Shown: piece by piece, positions 19,750 to 27,953 of the stretch
Layout of the letters: each line of letters opens with the position of its first letter
How positions within the stretch are numbered: position 1 is the stretch's first letter
Assembly: GCA_043823065.1 (NCBI GenBank)
Contig: JBDRBB010000008.1
Location: 192,001-256,000 of the forward strand
Reading direction: 5' to 3'
DNA: 64,000 bases
Source: Pseudomonadota bacterium
GTDB lineage: Bacteria; UBA10199; 2-02-FULL-44-16; DYJF01
The notes under the pieces: generated by a model
Told to the model about the DNA's origin: nothing
Seen by the model: the letters and a program-made list of their open reading frames with translations, nothing else
Database searches by the model: none
Program-made: the position numbers and the translations under genes

Positions 19750-21570
19750 TTAATCAAGCTCCACTTGAAAATCTTTTTCTTTTTGGTCAAGTTCAGGTTG
19801 ATTTTTTTTATCTAAAATATAATTGCCCAATACCAAATAATCCATTTCTGTGCGCATAAAGCAGCGATAAGCATCAAATGGTGAGCAAACAATTGGCTCT
19901 CCACGAACATTAAATGAAGTATTGATAATAACTGGACAGCCGGTTTTTTCATAAAATTTGTTGATAAGCGCATGATATCTAGGATTGTCTTTTGCAGATA
20001 CTGTTTGCAAGCGGGCTGAATAATCAACATGAGTAACTGCAGGAATAATGGATCTTTTAAGATGAAGTTTATCCAGGCCTTGCAAGGTTTCTGCATCTTT
20101 TTCAACAGCCAGCCTTTTATCAAGGTTTACATCAGCCACTAGTAACATATAGGGGCTTTCGCAGTTGATATCAAAAAACTCTTCAGCTTTTTCAGCCAAA
20201 ACTGTAGGCGCAAAAGGTCTAAATGATTCCCGAAATTTGATTTTAAGATTCATGGTGGTTTGCATTTTTTCTGACCTGGCATCGCCTAAAATACTGCGTG
20301 AACCTAAGGCCCTGGGCCCAAACTCCATTCTTCCTTGAAACCAACCCACCACTTTTTCCTGAGCGATTAAGTCGGCAGTTTTGTTAAATAGCTCATCATC
20401 GTTATAATAAGTTGCGGGCGCCTTAAAATATGAAAGGCAATTTTTTATAGATTGTTCGGAAAAACTTGGACCCAAAAGCGAGGCTTTTTGAAAATCATCT
20501 TGGTCATTGGCTTGGCGAGGATTGTTTAGGTATTCATGCCAGATATAAAGCGCTGCGCCTAAAGAACCGCCAGCATCACCAGCTGCGGGCTGGATCCAGA
20601 TCTGATCAAAAAGATTGCTTTTTAGAATCTTGCCATTGCCCACACAATTTAAGGCTACACCTCCAGCCAAACAGAGATTTTTTTCGCCGGTGATCTTTTT
20701 TGTTTCCTGGGCCAGTTTTAACATTACTTCTTCAGTAACTTCTTGAATAGAGCGGGCTACATCCATGATCCTTTTATCAACAGGTCCTTCTGGAGTACGG
20801 GGAGGGCCATCAAAAAGTTGATTAAATTTTTCGTTAGTCATCCTAAAGCTGTGTGGAAAGGTAAAGTAATCAAGATTAAGCCTAAATGAGCCATTATCGT
20901 AAATTTCAATTAAGTTGTTTTTTATTTGATCAACATATTTAGGCTCGCCATAAGGAGCCAGGCCCATGAGTTTGTATTCGCCAAAATTAACCCGAAAACC
21001 CGTATAAGCAGTAAATGCTGAATATAAGAGTCCCAAGGAGTGGGGATAGTTTATTTCCTTAATTTTTTCTATCCTATTGCCGCTACCCTTGGAAATGCTG
21101 GTAGTGGTCCATTCTCCAACTCCGTCTATGGTGAGAATGGCTGCATTTTGAAAAGGGGAAGGGAAGAAAGCAGCGCCAGCATGAGATTGATGGTGATCTG
21201 TAAATAAAACCGGGCCTTTCCAACCAATTTTCTTTTTTATGATAGAAGGAACCTGCAAAGTCTTGGTCATGGTTTCAGACATGGCATCAACAAAAGTGTG
21301 TATGCCAAGCGGGCTAACTGCTAGATAGTTTTCCAAAAGGCGCTCAAATTTTAGGATTGGTTTTTCATAGAAAACTACATAATCAATATCGCTAATGGTT
21401 AATTCAGCTTCTCCTAAACAATACTCAATAGTCTGAATAGGAAAGCGGGGATCATGTTTTATGCGGGAAAATCTTTCTTCTTGAGCTGCAGCTATAATCT
21501 CACCATCTTGTACTAAGCAGGCAGCAGCATCATGATAAAAACAAGAGATTCCTAAAATGTTAATGCTCAT
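19750..21570 (-). CDS. NodU/CmcH-family O-carbamoyltransferase
   Basis: ILGISCFYHD, QEERFSR.KHD, HHQSHA, DGVGE, GEYKLMGLAPYG, GRMEFGPRALG.RS and NTSFNVRGEP motifs. Confidence 0.95.
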   Translation of the reverse strand: MSINILGISCFYHDAAACLVQDGEIIAAAQEERFSRIKHDPRFPIQTIEYCLGEAELTISDIDYVVFYEKPILKFERLLENYLAVSPLGIHTFVDAMSETMTKTLQVPSIIKKKIGWKGPVLFTDHHQSHAGAAFFPSPFQNAAILTIDGVGEWTTTSISKGSGNRIEKIKEINYPHSLGLLYSAFTAYTGFRVNFGEYKLMGLAPYGEPKYVDQIKNNLIEIYDNGSFRLNLDYFTFPHSFRMTNEKFNQLFDGPPRTPEGPVDKRIMDVARSIQEVTEEVMLKLAQETKKITGEKNLCLAGGVALNCVGNGKILKSNLFDQIWIQPAAGDAGGSLGAALYIWHEYLNNPRQANDQDDFQKASLLGPSFSEQSIKNCLSYFKAPATYYNDDELFNKTADLIAQEKVVGWFQGRMEFGPRALGSRSILGDARSEKMQTTMNLKIKFRESFRPFAPTVLAEKAEEFFDINCESPYMLLVADVNLDKRLAVEKDAETLQGLDKLHLKRSIIPAVTHVDYSARLQTVSAKDNPRYHALINKFYEKTGCPVIINTSFNVRGEPIVCSPFDAYRCFMRTEMDYLVLGNYILDKKNQPELDQKEKDFQVELD

Positions 21571-21649
21571 AGCCTCATAAGATATCATTTAATCAGTAGT
21601 TGATCAATTTTGTTTTTACTCTTTTTGTCTAAAATAGTAAATTATAGGC

Positions 21650-22408
21650 ATGATAGAGCTTAAAAATGTCAAAGCCTGTTTATTTGCCGGTGGATTGGGC
21701 ACTAGATTACGGAAAGTAATAGCTGATCGTCCCAAACCCATGGCTGAGGTGCAAGGACGACCTTTATTAGAATATGTAATGCTGCATTTGGCCAAGCAGG
21801 GGATCAAACAGTTTATTTTCTCCATTGGTTATTTGGGGGAAATGATTGAGGCTTATTTTCAAGACGGAGCAAAATGGGGAGTTAAAATAGAATATGTTAG
21901 AGAAAAAGAATTGCTAGGCACTGGGGGTGGACTTTTGCTGGCCAAAGATTTGTTTTCAGAACCAGCAATTATTGGTAATGGCGATACGCTTTTAGAAATT
22001 AATGTGGTTGAGCTGTTGAAGTTTCATCAAGAAAATAAAGCTGATTGGACCATAGCAGTTAGGCTAGCCCAGCAGGAAATAAATGATCCTATGGGAAAAT
22101 TTATAGTAAATGATCAGGGCCAGATTCTTAAATTACAAAAAGATGGTCTAAAGCAAAAAGGGGAATATATTAATGGGGGCACATATTGTGTTTCCCCCAA
22201 TATCCTTGATAGCCTGAACCCCAAAGAAGTTTGTTCTCTGGAAAAAGATTTATTGCCAGATTTAATGGATAGAAATGCCAAGTTGTTTATTTTTCCAACC
22301 CAAGGATTTTTCTGCGATATCGGCACTCCTGATGATTATCAAAATCTCTGTAAAACCGGTGTGCCTGTTGAATATTATTCTTCGAGCGAATCCGCCAGAA
22401 GCGGATAA
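21650..22408 (+). CDS. Sugar-1-phosphate nucleotidyltransferase, HddC-like (heptose-1-phosphate guanylyltransferase)
   Basis: AGGLGTRL...PKPM, E..LLGTGG, NGDT, INGG.Y, SLEKD and DIGTP motifs; near gmhA and gmhB. Confidence 0.82.
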   Translation: MIELKNVKACLFAGGLGTRLRKVIADRPKPMAEVQGRPLLEYVMLHLAKQGIKQFIFSIGYLGEMIEAYFQDGAKWGVKIEYVREKELLGTGGGLLLAKDLFSEPAIIGNGDTLLEINVVELLKFHQENKADWTIAVRLAQQEINDPMGKFIVNDQGQILKLQKDGLKQKGEYINGGTYCVSPNILDSLNPKEVCSLEKDLLPDLMDRNAKLFIFPTQGFFCDIGTPDDYQNLCKTGVPVEYYSSSESARSG

Positions 22409-22564
22409 GTCGAAGGGGCCCCCAAAGATATTCTTCGAGACCCCTAATATTCTTCGAGCTGGTCGAGAAGAATAGATTGGTTCTCGATGCGCTTCGCTTA
22501 CTCGAACAATAATGGGGGGTGACCCCTAATATTCTTCGAGCGAGGTCGTAGGCCGAGCGAGAAG
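22376..22564. repeat. Left REP-like array (four full units and one partial) upstream of the GIY-YIG gene
   Basis: Units at 22376-22415 (+), 22429-22439 (partial), 22448-22474 (+), 22479-22511 (-) and 22530-22564 (+). Confidence 0.92.
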
Positions 22565-22578
22565 GGTGAGGAAATAAT

Positions 22579-22851
22579 ATGCCAGAACAGTGGAAATGGT
22601 ATGTATATATTGTCGAATGCCAGGACGGCACTTATTATACTGGTTGTACTTGGAATGTGGAAAATAGGCTTGAACAGCATATTTCTGGCTTGGGCGCAAA
22701 ATATACAGGCAAACATGGTGTAAAAAGATTAGCTTATTATGAGGAACATGATGATTTAGAAGTCGCCAGAAAACGTGAAAAACAGATAAAGAATTGGAGG
22801 CAAGAAAAAAAGAAGAAGTTAATCAAAGGTGAGTGGGGAAAGGAATGGTAA
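22579..22851 (+). CDS. Stand-alone GIY-YIG endonuclease (UPF0213/YhbQ-like)
   Basis: WYVYIVEC.DGTYYTG.T..VE.RLEQH..G.GAKYT and A.KRE.QIK.W motifs; GAGG RBS. Confidence 0.93.
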   Translation: MPEQWKWYVYIVECQDGTYYTGCTWNVENRLEQHISGLGAKYTGKHGVKRLAYYEEHDDLEVARKREKQIKNWRQEKKKKLIKGEWGKEW

Positions 22852-22852
22852 A

Positions 22853-23056
22853 GGTTCTCGACTTCGCTCGAACAATAATAATCGGGACCCCCTAATATTC
22901 TTCGAGACCCCCTAATATTTTTCGGGACCCCCTAATATTCTTCGAGCTGGTCGAGAAGAATAGTATTGGTTCTCGATGCGCTTCGCTTACTCGAACAATA
23001 ATGGGGTGACCCCTAATATTCTTCGAGCGAGGTCGTAGGTCGAGTCGAGAAGAATA
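22853..23056. repeat. Right REP-like array including a 3x20-bp tandem repeat
   Basis: Units at 22853-22877 (-), 22936-22962 (+), 22968-23000 (-) and 23017-23056 (+); TCG(G/A)GACCCCCTAATATT(C/T)T x3 at 22882-22941; 22926-23052 repeats 22439-22564. Confidence 0.92.
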
Positions 23057-23070
23057 GACTAAACATTTTC

Positions 23071-23114
23071 ATATAGACAGATATTTAACAAAAATGTATA
23101 ATATGTGTCTGTAT
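23071..23114 (+). promoter_or_regulatory. Sigma70 promoter of the AbiE operon, overlapped by an inverted-repeat operator
   Basis: TAGACA (23074-79), 17 nt, TATAAT (23097-102); arms ATATAGACAGATAT and ATATGTGTCTGTAT match at 12/14 as an inverted repeat. Confidence 0.7.
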
Positions 23115-23724
23115 GAAACAAAAACCAGATAATCTGAAGCTTCTAGAGTCCTTTAGTCTGGACTTAAAAGGAGTTTTTACTTTAGCTGATCTAAGGGGAA
23201 TATATCCAGATAAGCATACTCTTACTTTTTATAGAAGGATTAAGAGCTTAGAAAAAGATGGAATTTTGACTAGAGTGTTAAAGAGTATTTATGTTTCTAA
23301 ATCTTTTGATATTGATGTTTTGAGTCAAAAAATTTGTCCAAATTCTTATATAAGTTTTGAAAATGTTTTGGCCAAGGAGTTGGTTATTGGCACAGTGCCA
23401 AAAAATTCAGTTCGTGCCGCAAAAAAGGGTAAAAAAAGAGAATATAAGTTTGATGCTAAAAAAATTATACATTTAGGTCTTGCTACCCATCTTTTTTTTG
23501 GTTTTAAAACTAGACAAGGTGTTAATTATGCTACCAAAGAAAAAGCATTCTTAGATACGCTTTATTTTTATAACAAAGGGGTTAGATTTTATTTTGATAT
23601 TTTTTCTGATATTAATCTAGAACAATTAAACATCAAGCTGATACATAAATATCTTAAAAAATATAAAAATCCCAAGTTTATTAATTTTGTAAAAAATTAT
23701 TTAAATGAACATTCCTTTTCCTAA
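23113..23724 (+). CDS. AbiEi-like type IV toxin-antitoxin antitoxin / transcriptional regulator
   Basis: N-terminal wHTH-like VFTLADL...L.KDG.L.R; PNSYIS.E.VL and AT.EKA.LD.LY motifs; overlaps the toxin gene start. Confidence 0.8.
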   Translation: MKQKPDNLKLLESFSLDLKGVFTLADLRGIYPDKHTLTFYRRIKSLEKDGILTRVLKSIYVSKSFDIDVLSQKICPNSYISFENVLAKELVIGTVPKNSVRAAKKGKKREYKFDAKKIIHLGLATHLFFGFKTRQGVNYATKEKAFLDTLYFYNKGVRFYFDIFSDINLEQLNIKLIHKYLKKYKNPKFINFVKNYLNEHSFS

Positions 23725-24457
23725 AAATTTGTCGCAAGATTCATTGTTTGCTTGGCTCATGCATAGAATTTCCCTGGAGTTTCGTGAGCATGCTATTTTA
23801 AAAGGTGGCATGTCTTTTAGATTGGTTAATTCTCCCAGAAGCACTAATGATCTAGATTATGTTTTTGTGCCATTTAAATCAAAAAAGGAAATTGCTCCTG
23901 TTTTAGAAAAAATTGTTTCAGAAATTCCCAGCGCCAAAATAACTAGATCCATGCATTCCACTGCTTTGCGCCTAAATATTTCTGTAGAAGATGTTAATGT
24001 TCAACTTGAAGCTGATATTGCCATGAATTGTAAATCAGCACCCATGTCCACCAGTGCTTTAGCCAGCAAGGTTGATCAACTAAGTCAGGTGATTAGGATT
24101 ATGAGTTTTGATGTGGCCTTGTCTCATAAGTTGGCAGCTTGGAATGAAAGAAGGTTATTAAGAGATTTATATGATGTTTATTATTTATATAAAGTGGTTG
24201 GAGTTGTTCCTGATAAAGACACTCTTTTGTCTAGGTTGGATCAAATTAATTCACGCATTCCCAGCCTTAAAAACAGGAAGAAAATGAAAATGTCTGAGTT
24301 CTTGGCTGAATTAAAAAAAGCAGCAGATGAGATAACAGAGCAAAAGCTGGAAGAAGAGTTGGCGCCGCTTTTAAATCTTAATGAATTGCCGGGATTGGCC
24401 ATTAAGCTTCGAACAAGCATAAATGAGTTGGTTGCATATATTCTTCGAGCTGCTTGA
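23705..24457 (+). CDS. AbiEii-family nucleotidyltransferase toxin
   Basis: ILKGG, R.T.DLDY and K..A..ER...RDLYD motifs. Confidence 0.88.
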   Translation: MNIPFPKNLSQDSLFAWLMHRISLEFREHAILKGGMSFRLVNSPRSTNDLDYVFVPFKSKKEIAPVLEKIVSEIPSAKITRSMHSTALRLNISVEDVNVQLEADIAMNCKSAPMSTSALASKVDQLSQVIRIMSFDVALSHKLAAWNERRLLRDLYDVYYLYKVVGVVPDKDTLLSRLDQINSRIPSLKNRKKMKMSEFLAELKKAADEITEQKLEEELAPLLNLNELPGLAIKLRTSINELVAYILRAA

Positions 24458-24465
24458 GAAGAATA
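24439..24465 (+). repeat. Single TCGAG-family REP-like unit spanning the AbiEii stop codon
   Basis: TATTCTTCGAGCTGCTTGAGAAGAATA differs from the 22448 unit at two positions. Confidence 0.85.
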
Positions 24466-24481
24466 AGAGGAGGATTTAATT

Positions 24482-25060
24482 ATGAATCATAACAAACTTA
24501 TCACGCAAAGACTAAATGAAACCGCAGAACTTTTAAGCTCTTTTTCGCCAGAGCTGATTGCTGAAATTAGCGCTGCTGCGCAAACTATCATTTCTGCCCT
24601 AAAAGCTGGCAACAAAGTGCTTCTGGCTGGCAATGGTGGGTCTGCTGCAGATGCCCAGCATATTGCTGGCGAGCTAGTGGGAAAGTTTTATAAAGATCGC
24701 GATCCTTTGCCAGCTATAGCCTTGCATACCAATTCTTCAATTATTACGGCTTTGGCCAATGACTATGGTTATGAAACTGTTTTTGAAAGACAGGTTAAGT
24801 GTTGGGGAAAAAAAGGGGATGTGCTAATTGGTCTTTCCACCAGCGGCAAGTCTCCTAATATTTTGAGAGCTTTTGATGTTGCCAAAAAACAAGGATTAAA
24901 AATTATTGCTTTTACTGGCGCTAAAGGACTGCCTTCTGGATATAAGCCAGATCATCTAATAAATATTTCTGCAACAGATACCCCACGCATTCAAGAAGCC
25001 CATATTACCATAGCGCATATAATTTGTGAGATAGTGGAGAGCCAAATATTTGGGAGGTAG
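24482..25060 (+). CDS. gmhA: Sedoheptulose-7-phosphate isomerase
   Basis: GNGGSAADAQH.A.E, TALANDYG...FERQ, STSG.S.N and TPRIQE.H motifs. Confidence 0.95.
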   Translation: MNHNKLITQRLNETAELLSSFSPELIAEISAAAQTIISALKAGNKVLLAGNGGSAADAQHIAGELVGKFYKDRDPLPAIALHTNSSIITALANDYGYETVFERQVKCWGKKGDVLIGLSTSGKSPNILRAFDVAKKQGLKIIAFTGAKGLPSGYKPDHLINISATDTPRIQEAHITIAHIICEIVESQIFGR

Positions 25061-26722
25061 ATGAAGCTTTTGTATTCCCTACGCCAGCATCTTGTTTTTT
25101 TACTATTAATAACCATTGCTACTTATCTAATGGTTAAGGGGCTTGGGTTTAATCAATATGGTGGAGATGAATCAACAACCGCCATTTACGCCAGAAATAT
25201 TTTAAAATTTGGAGTTCCTACAGCTTGGGATGGACAAAATTTGTTAGCTGCAGGCAATGGATCTGAGTTAAATGAGAATTTGATAAATGCCCATATCCCT
25301 TGGCTGCACTATTATCTAGTTGCTGGTTCGTTTTGGTTTTTTGGAGATAATGTTATTGCAGGTCGCCTGCCTTCTATCTTATTTGCTTTAGCAACAATTG
25401 CCTTAGTTTACCTGTCGATCTTGCGTCTAACTCAAGACAAGTTAATTGCCAATCTTTGTACTTTGATTATATCCCTTTCACCAAGTTTTTTGCTTTATGC
25501 GCGGTATTGTCGGTACAATGCTTTGGTTATGTTGCTGGCTATGTTGATTTTTTACATAATTTCTTTTTCAAATTTATCCTCAAAAAAAAGAATTTTTTGG
25601 TTATCGGTTTTAGTTGCCTTACTTTTTTACGCTAATTATTTGATCGCTGCTTGTTTGATTGTAGCTGGTTTTCTGATATTTTTTATTTTTTATTTTGATG
25701 AAAAAAAGATGGAACAATATCTGCTGGCAAGTGTGCTGGGATTTTTAGCTTTCTTGCCCTGGTTGATAATCTTAAATCCCTTTAATCTTGGTTTGCTGGG
25801 CAGTGCAGCTTATTGGGATAGGAAGGCGATAACTTATTTTGAGACATTTTATTATTATTTAAGACTTTTTAATTCGGAAAATTTATTTCCAGTAGTTTTG
25901 CTGATTATCTTTTTAATTTATTTTTTCAGAGAGAAACAGCAAGATTTTAAAAAATGTTGCTTAGCGCTATTTGCCTTTTGTCTTTGCTATACATTTTTAA
26001 TTACCAGTTTAACTGGTAGCACGTTAACCTCTAGATATCTTTCTGTTCTGATTCCTTTTTTGGCAATTATTTCACCTATTATTTTGGTTAGGGGTTTGCA
26101 GAAAAGGATTTTGTGGATTCCTGTGGCTCTACTTTTGATATTTACAGATTTTTTGAGCTTGCCCCTATTATTAAAATCAGGATCTGGAATATTTGCTATT
26201 TCTAAAAATGTAGCTGCTGGGAACCGGTTTCCTCTAGCTGGTTATCTTTATGAAACTCATCGAGATTTTCCACGCAGTGTAGATGTGGCCAAAGATTTAT
26301 TGAGAAAGCATACAAAAAAGGATGATGTGCTAGCTGTAATAAATCCTGATTTTGCTTATCATCTATTTGATGATTTTGCTGATAGCTTGAAGTTTTGTTG
26401 TCAGCTGGAAATGGGGAGCCACCTTGATTTAGAAAAACTCAAACAAGAATTGCCTAGCTATGTATTCACAGATGAAACAGTGCCAGATTGGATACTTGTT
26501 TTTGGACTGCACTGGAAGCCCTTGCCTGAATACTTAAAACAATGGGAAGACCTGGGGATTAAATATAAGTTGATTGATAAATCAGATGTGTTTTGGTTTC
26601 AGGGGGGGCATCCAGAATTGCTAGCCCATATTTTTTATCCTGTAACTTCTCATGATTCTAACCGTTATGGAGTTTATTTACTGAAAAAAGAGACAGGAAA
26701 AAATAAAAATGAAAAAAAATAA
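25061..26722 (+). CDS. GT-C fold (ArnT/PMT-like) membrane glycosyltransferase
   Basis: DE motif after TM1 (GDESTTAIYARNI), GRLPS and RYCRY motifs; many TM helices; paralog of 49402. Confidence 0.72.
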   Translation: MKLLYSLRQHLVFLLLITIATYLMVKGLGFNQYGGDESTTAIYARNILKFGVPTAWDGQNLLAAGNGSELNENLINAHIPWLHYYLVAGSFWFFGDNVIAGRLPSILFALATIALVYLSILRLTQDKLIANLCTLIISLSPSFLLYARYCRYNALVMLLAMLIFYIISFSNLSSKKRIFWLSVLVALLFYANYLIAACLIVAGFLIFFIFYFDEKKMEQYLLASVLGFLAFLPWLIILNPFNLGLLGSAAYWDRKAITYFETFYYYLRLFNSENLFPVVLLIIFLIYFFREKQQDFKKCCLALFAFCLCYTFLITSLTGSTLTSRYLSVLIPFLAIISPIILVRGLQKRILWIPVALLLIFTDFLSLPLLLKSGSGIFAISKNVAAGNRFPLAGYLYETHRDFPRSVDVAKDLLRKHTKKDDVLAVINPDFAYHLFDDFADSLKFCCQLEMGSHLDLEKLKQELPSYVFTDETVPDWILVFGLHWKPLPEYLKQWEDLGIKYKLIDKSDVFWFQGGHPELLAHIFYPVTSHDSNRYGVYLLKKETGKNKNEKK

Positions 26723-27215
26723 GGCAATTTTTTTGGATCGGGATGGAACTCTCAATTATGATCCAGGTTATTTAGATGATCCGGATAAATTAAAACTTTT
26801 ACCAGGGGTGGGTGAAGGGCTAAAGATCTTGCAAGATGCAGGGTTTAAGCTAGTTGTCATAACCAATCAGGCTGGCATTGGCCGGGCTAAGTTTACAGAA
26901 AAGACGCTCCAGAAAATCCATGAGCGTCTAAAAGAGTTGCTTAAAGCTTACAGCGTAGAACTTACAGCTATCTATTATTGTCCTCATCATCCAGATGAAA
27001 ACTGCAATTGCCGCAAACCAAAAACAGGTATGGTAGACCTGGCAGTTAGAGAGCATAATCTTGATTTGAAAAAGTCATTTGTCATTGGGGATGATAAATG
27101 TGATCAGGTCTTGGCCAAGAATCTAAATTGTCCTTTTGTTGAGGTTGGTGGAGATGAGTTTAAGAATATAAAGGAAGCTGCAAATTATATTCTTCGAGCT
27201 GGTCGAAAAGAATAA
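26709..27215 (+). CDS. gmhB: Heptose-1,7-bisphosphate phosphatase (HAD family)
   Basis: FLDRDGTLN, TNQAGIGR, CPHHP...C.CRKP and IGD...D motifs. Confidence 0.92.
   Translation: MKKNKAIFLDRDGTLNYDPGYLDDPDKLKLLPGVGEGLKILQDAGFKLVVITNQAGIGRAKFTEKTLQKIHERLKELLKAYSVELTAIYYCPHHPDENCNCRKPKTGMVDLAVREHNLDLKKSFVIGDDKCDQVLAKNLNCPFVEVGGDEFKNIKEAANYILRAGRKE
27188..27214 (+). repeat. Single TCGAG-family REP-like unit forming the gmhB 3' end
   Basis: TATTCTTCGAGCTGGTCGAAAAGAATA differs from the 22448 unit at one position. Confidence 0.88.
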
Positions 27216-27217
27216 AT

Positions 27218-27248
27218 AAAAAAGCCGCCCAATTGGGCGGCTTTTTTT
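27218..27248. terminator. Bidirectional intrinsic terminator
   Basis: AAAAAA-GCCGCCCAATTGGGCGGC-TTTTTTT between convergent genes. Confidence 0.9.
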
Positions 27249-27266
27249 CTGCTGATTAAGCTGGTC

Positions 27267-27953
27267 TTATGGAATTATAACTTCATTATACCATTTTACT
27301 TCTTGGCTTTGAGATAAATCACCACTTATACCAAGGTTGCCAACCATAGACGCTGACAAATAGTTAGCTGATTCAGTTGCGCTTAGACCATAAGTAAAGC
27401 TTCTTTCATCTGAATCTAAAGCTGCGCTAGAAATAATTGTTGAGTTAGAAGGTAGTACCGAAATAGCTGTACCTGAGTCAAAGGCACTGGTAAAAGTATC
27501 ACTATTGTAACCTTTCATTGATGGGAAGGCACTATCAGCTCCTGCTTTTAACATACCAACGCCTGTTGCGCCTTCTAAACACATCACACCAGCAACCATG
27601 GTAGGATGGATAAATTCAATAGCCACATTTGCGCTGCTTAAATCTGAATCTAAATCTGCTTCGCCAGGTACAGTCAAGCTAACTTCAGAATTGATACCCC
27701 CTGAAATGACGGCACTGACTAGGCTAGGTGTTAATAGACCTGTGCTTGGATTAGCAGCTTGATCCACATCAAAAGTAATTTGGTAAGGTGCCACTAAATC
27801 ATGAAATGCTGGGCAGTTAATACTATAAATTACGTTATTACTGGCACTGTTATTAGTTGCCATAATAGGTGCATATTCAGAATGTTGTAAGACCACCAGA
27901 CCGGCTACGCCAAAAAATACGGCAATTACCATTGCCATTATTGATCTTTTCAT
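27267..27953 (-). CDS. Secreted Ser/Ala-rich hypothetical protein, candidate surface or pilus subunit
   Basis: N-terminal signal-like MKRS plus hydrophobic stretch; GGGGG RBS; own sigma54-type promoter and terminator. Confidence 0.6.
   Translation of the reverse strand: MKRSIMAMVIAVFFGVAGLVVLQHSEYAPIMATNNSASNNVIYSINCPAFHDLVAPYQITFDVDQAANPSTGLLTPSLVSAVISGGINSEVSLTVPGEADLDSDLSSANVAIEFIHPTMVAGVMCLEGATGVGMLKAGADSAFPSMKGYNSDTFTSAFDSGTAISVLPSNSTIISSAALDSDERSFTYGLSATESANYLSASMVGNLGISGDLSQSQEVKWYNEVIIP

Noticed and set aside
17977..21570. Saxitoxin biosynthesis cluster
   Set aside because: Only the sxtIJKL-like module is present; no sxtA or sxtG, and the context is sugar metabolism
22275..22716. 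Short ORFs 22275-22475, 22287-22631 and 22498-22716
   Set aside because: They are read-throughs of the repeat array or antisense shadows of the GIY-YIG gene
22376..23056. CRISPR array
   Set aside because: Units alternate in orientation, linkers are repeated rather than unique, periodicity is irregular and no cas genes are present
22376..24465. Integron cassette array with attC sites
   Set aside because: No integrase in the window and no clear RYYYAAC...GTTRRRY ends; the same repeats occur inside the dcw operon
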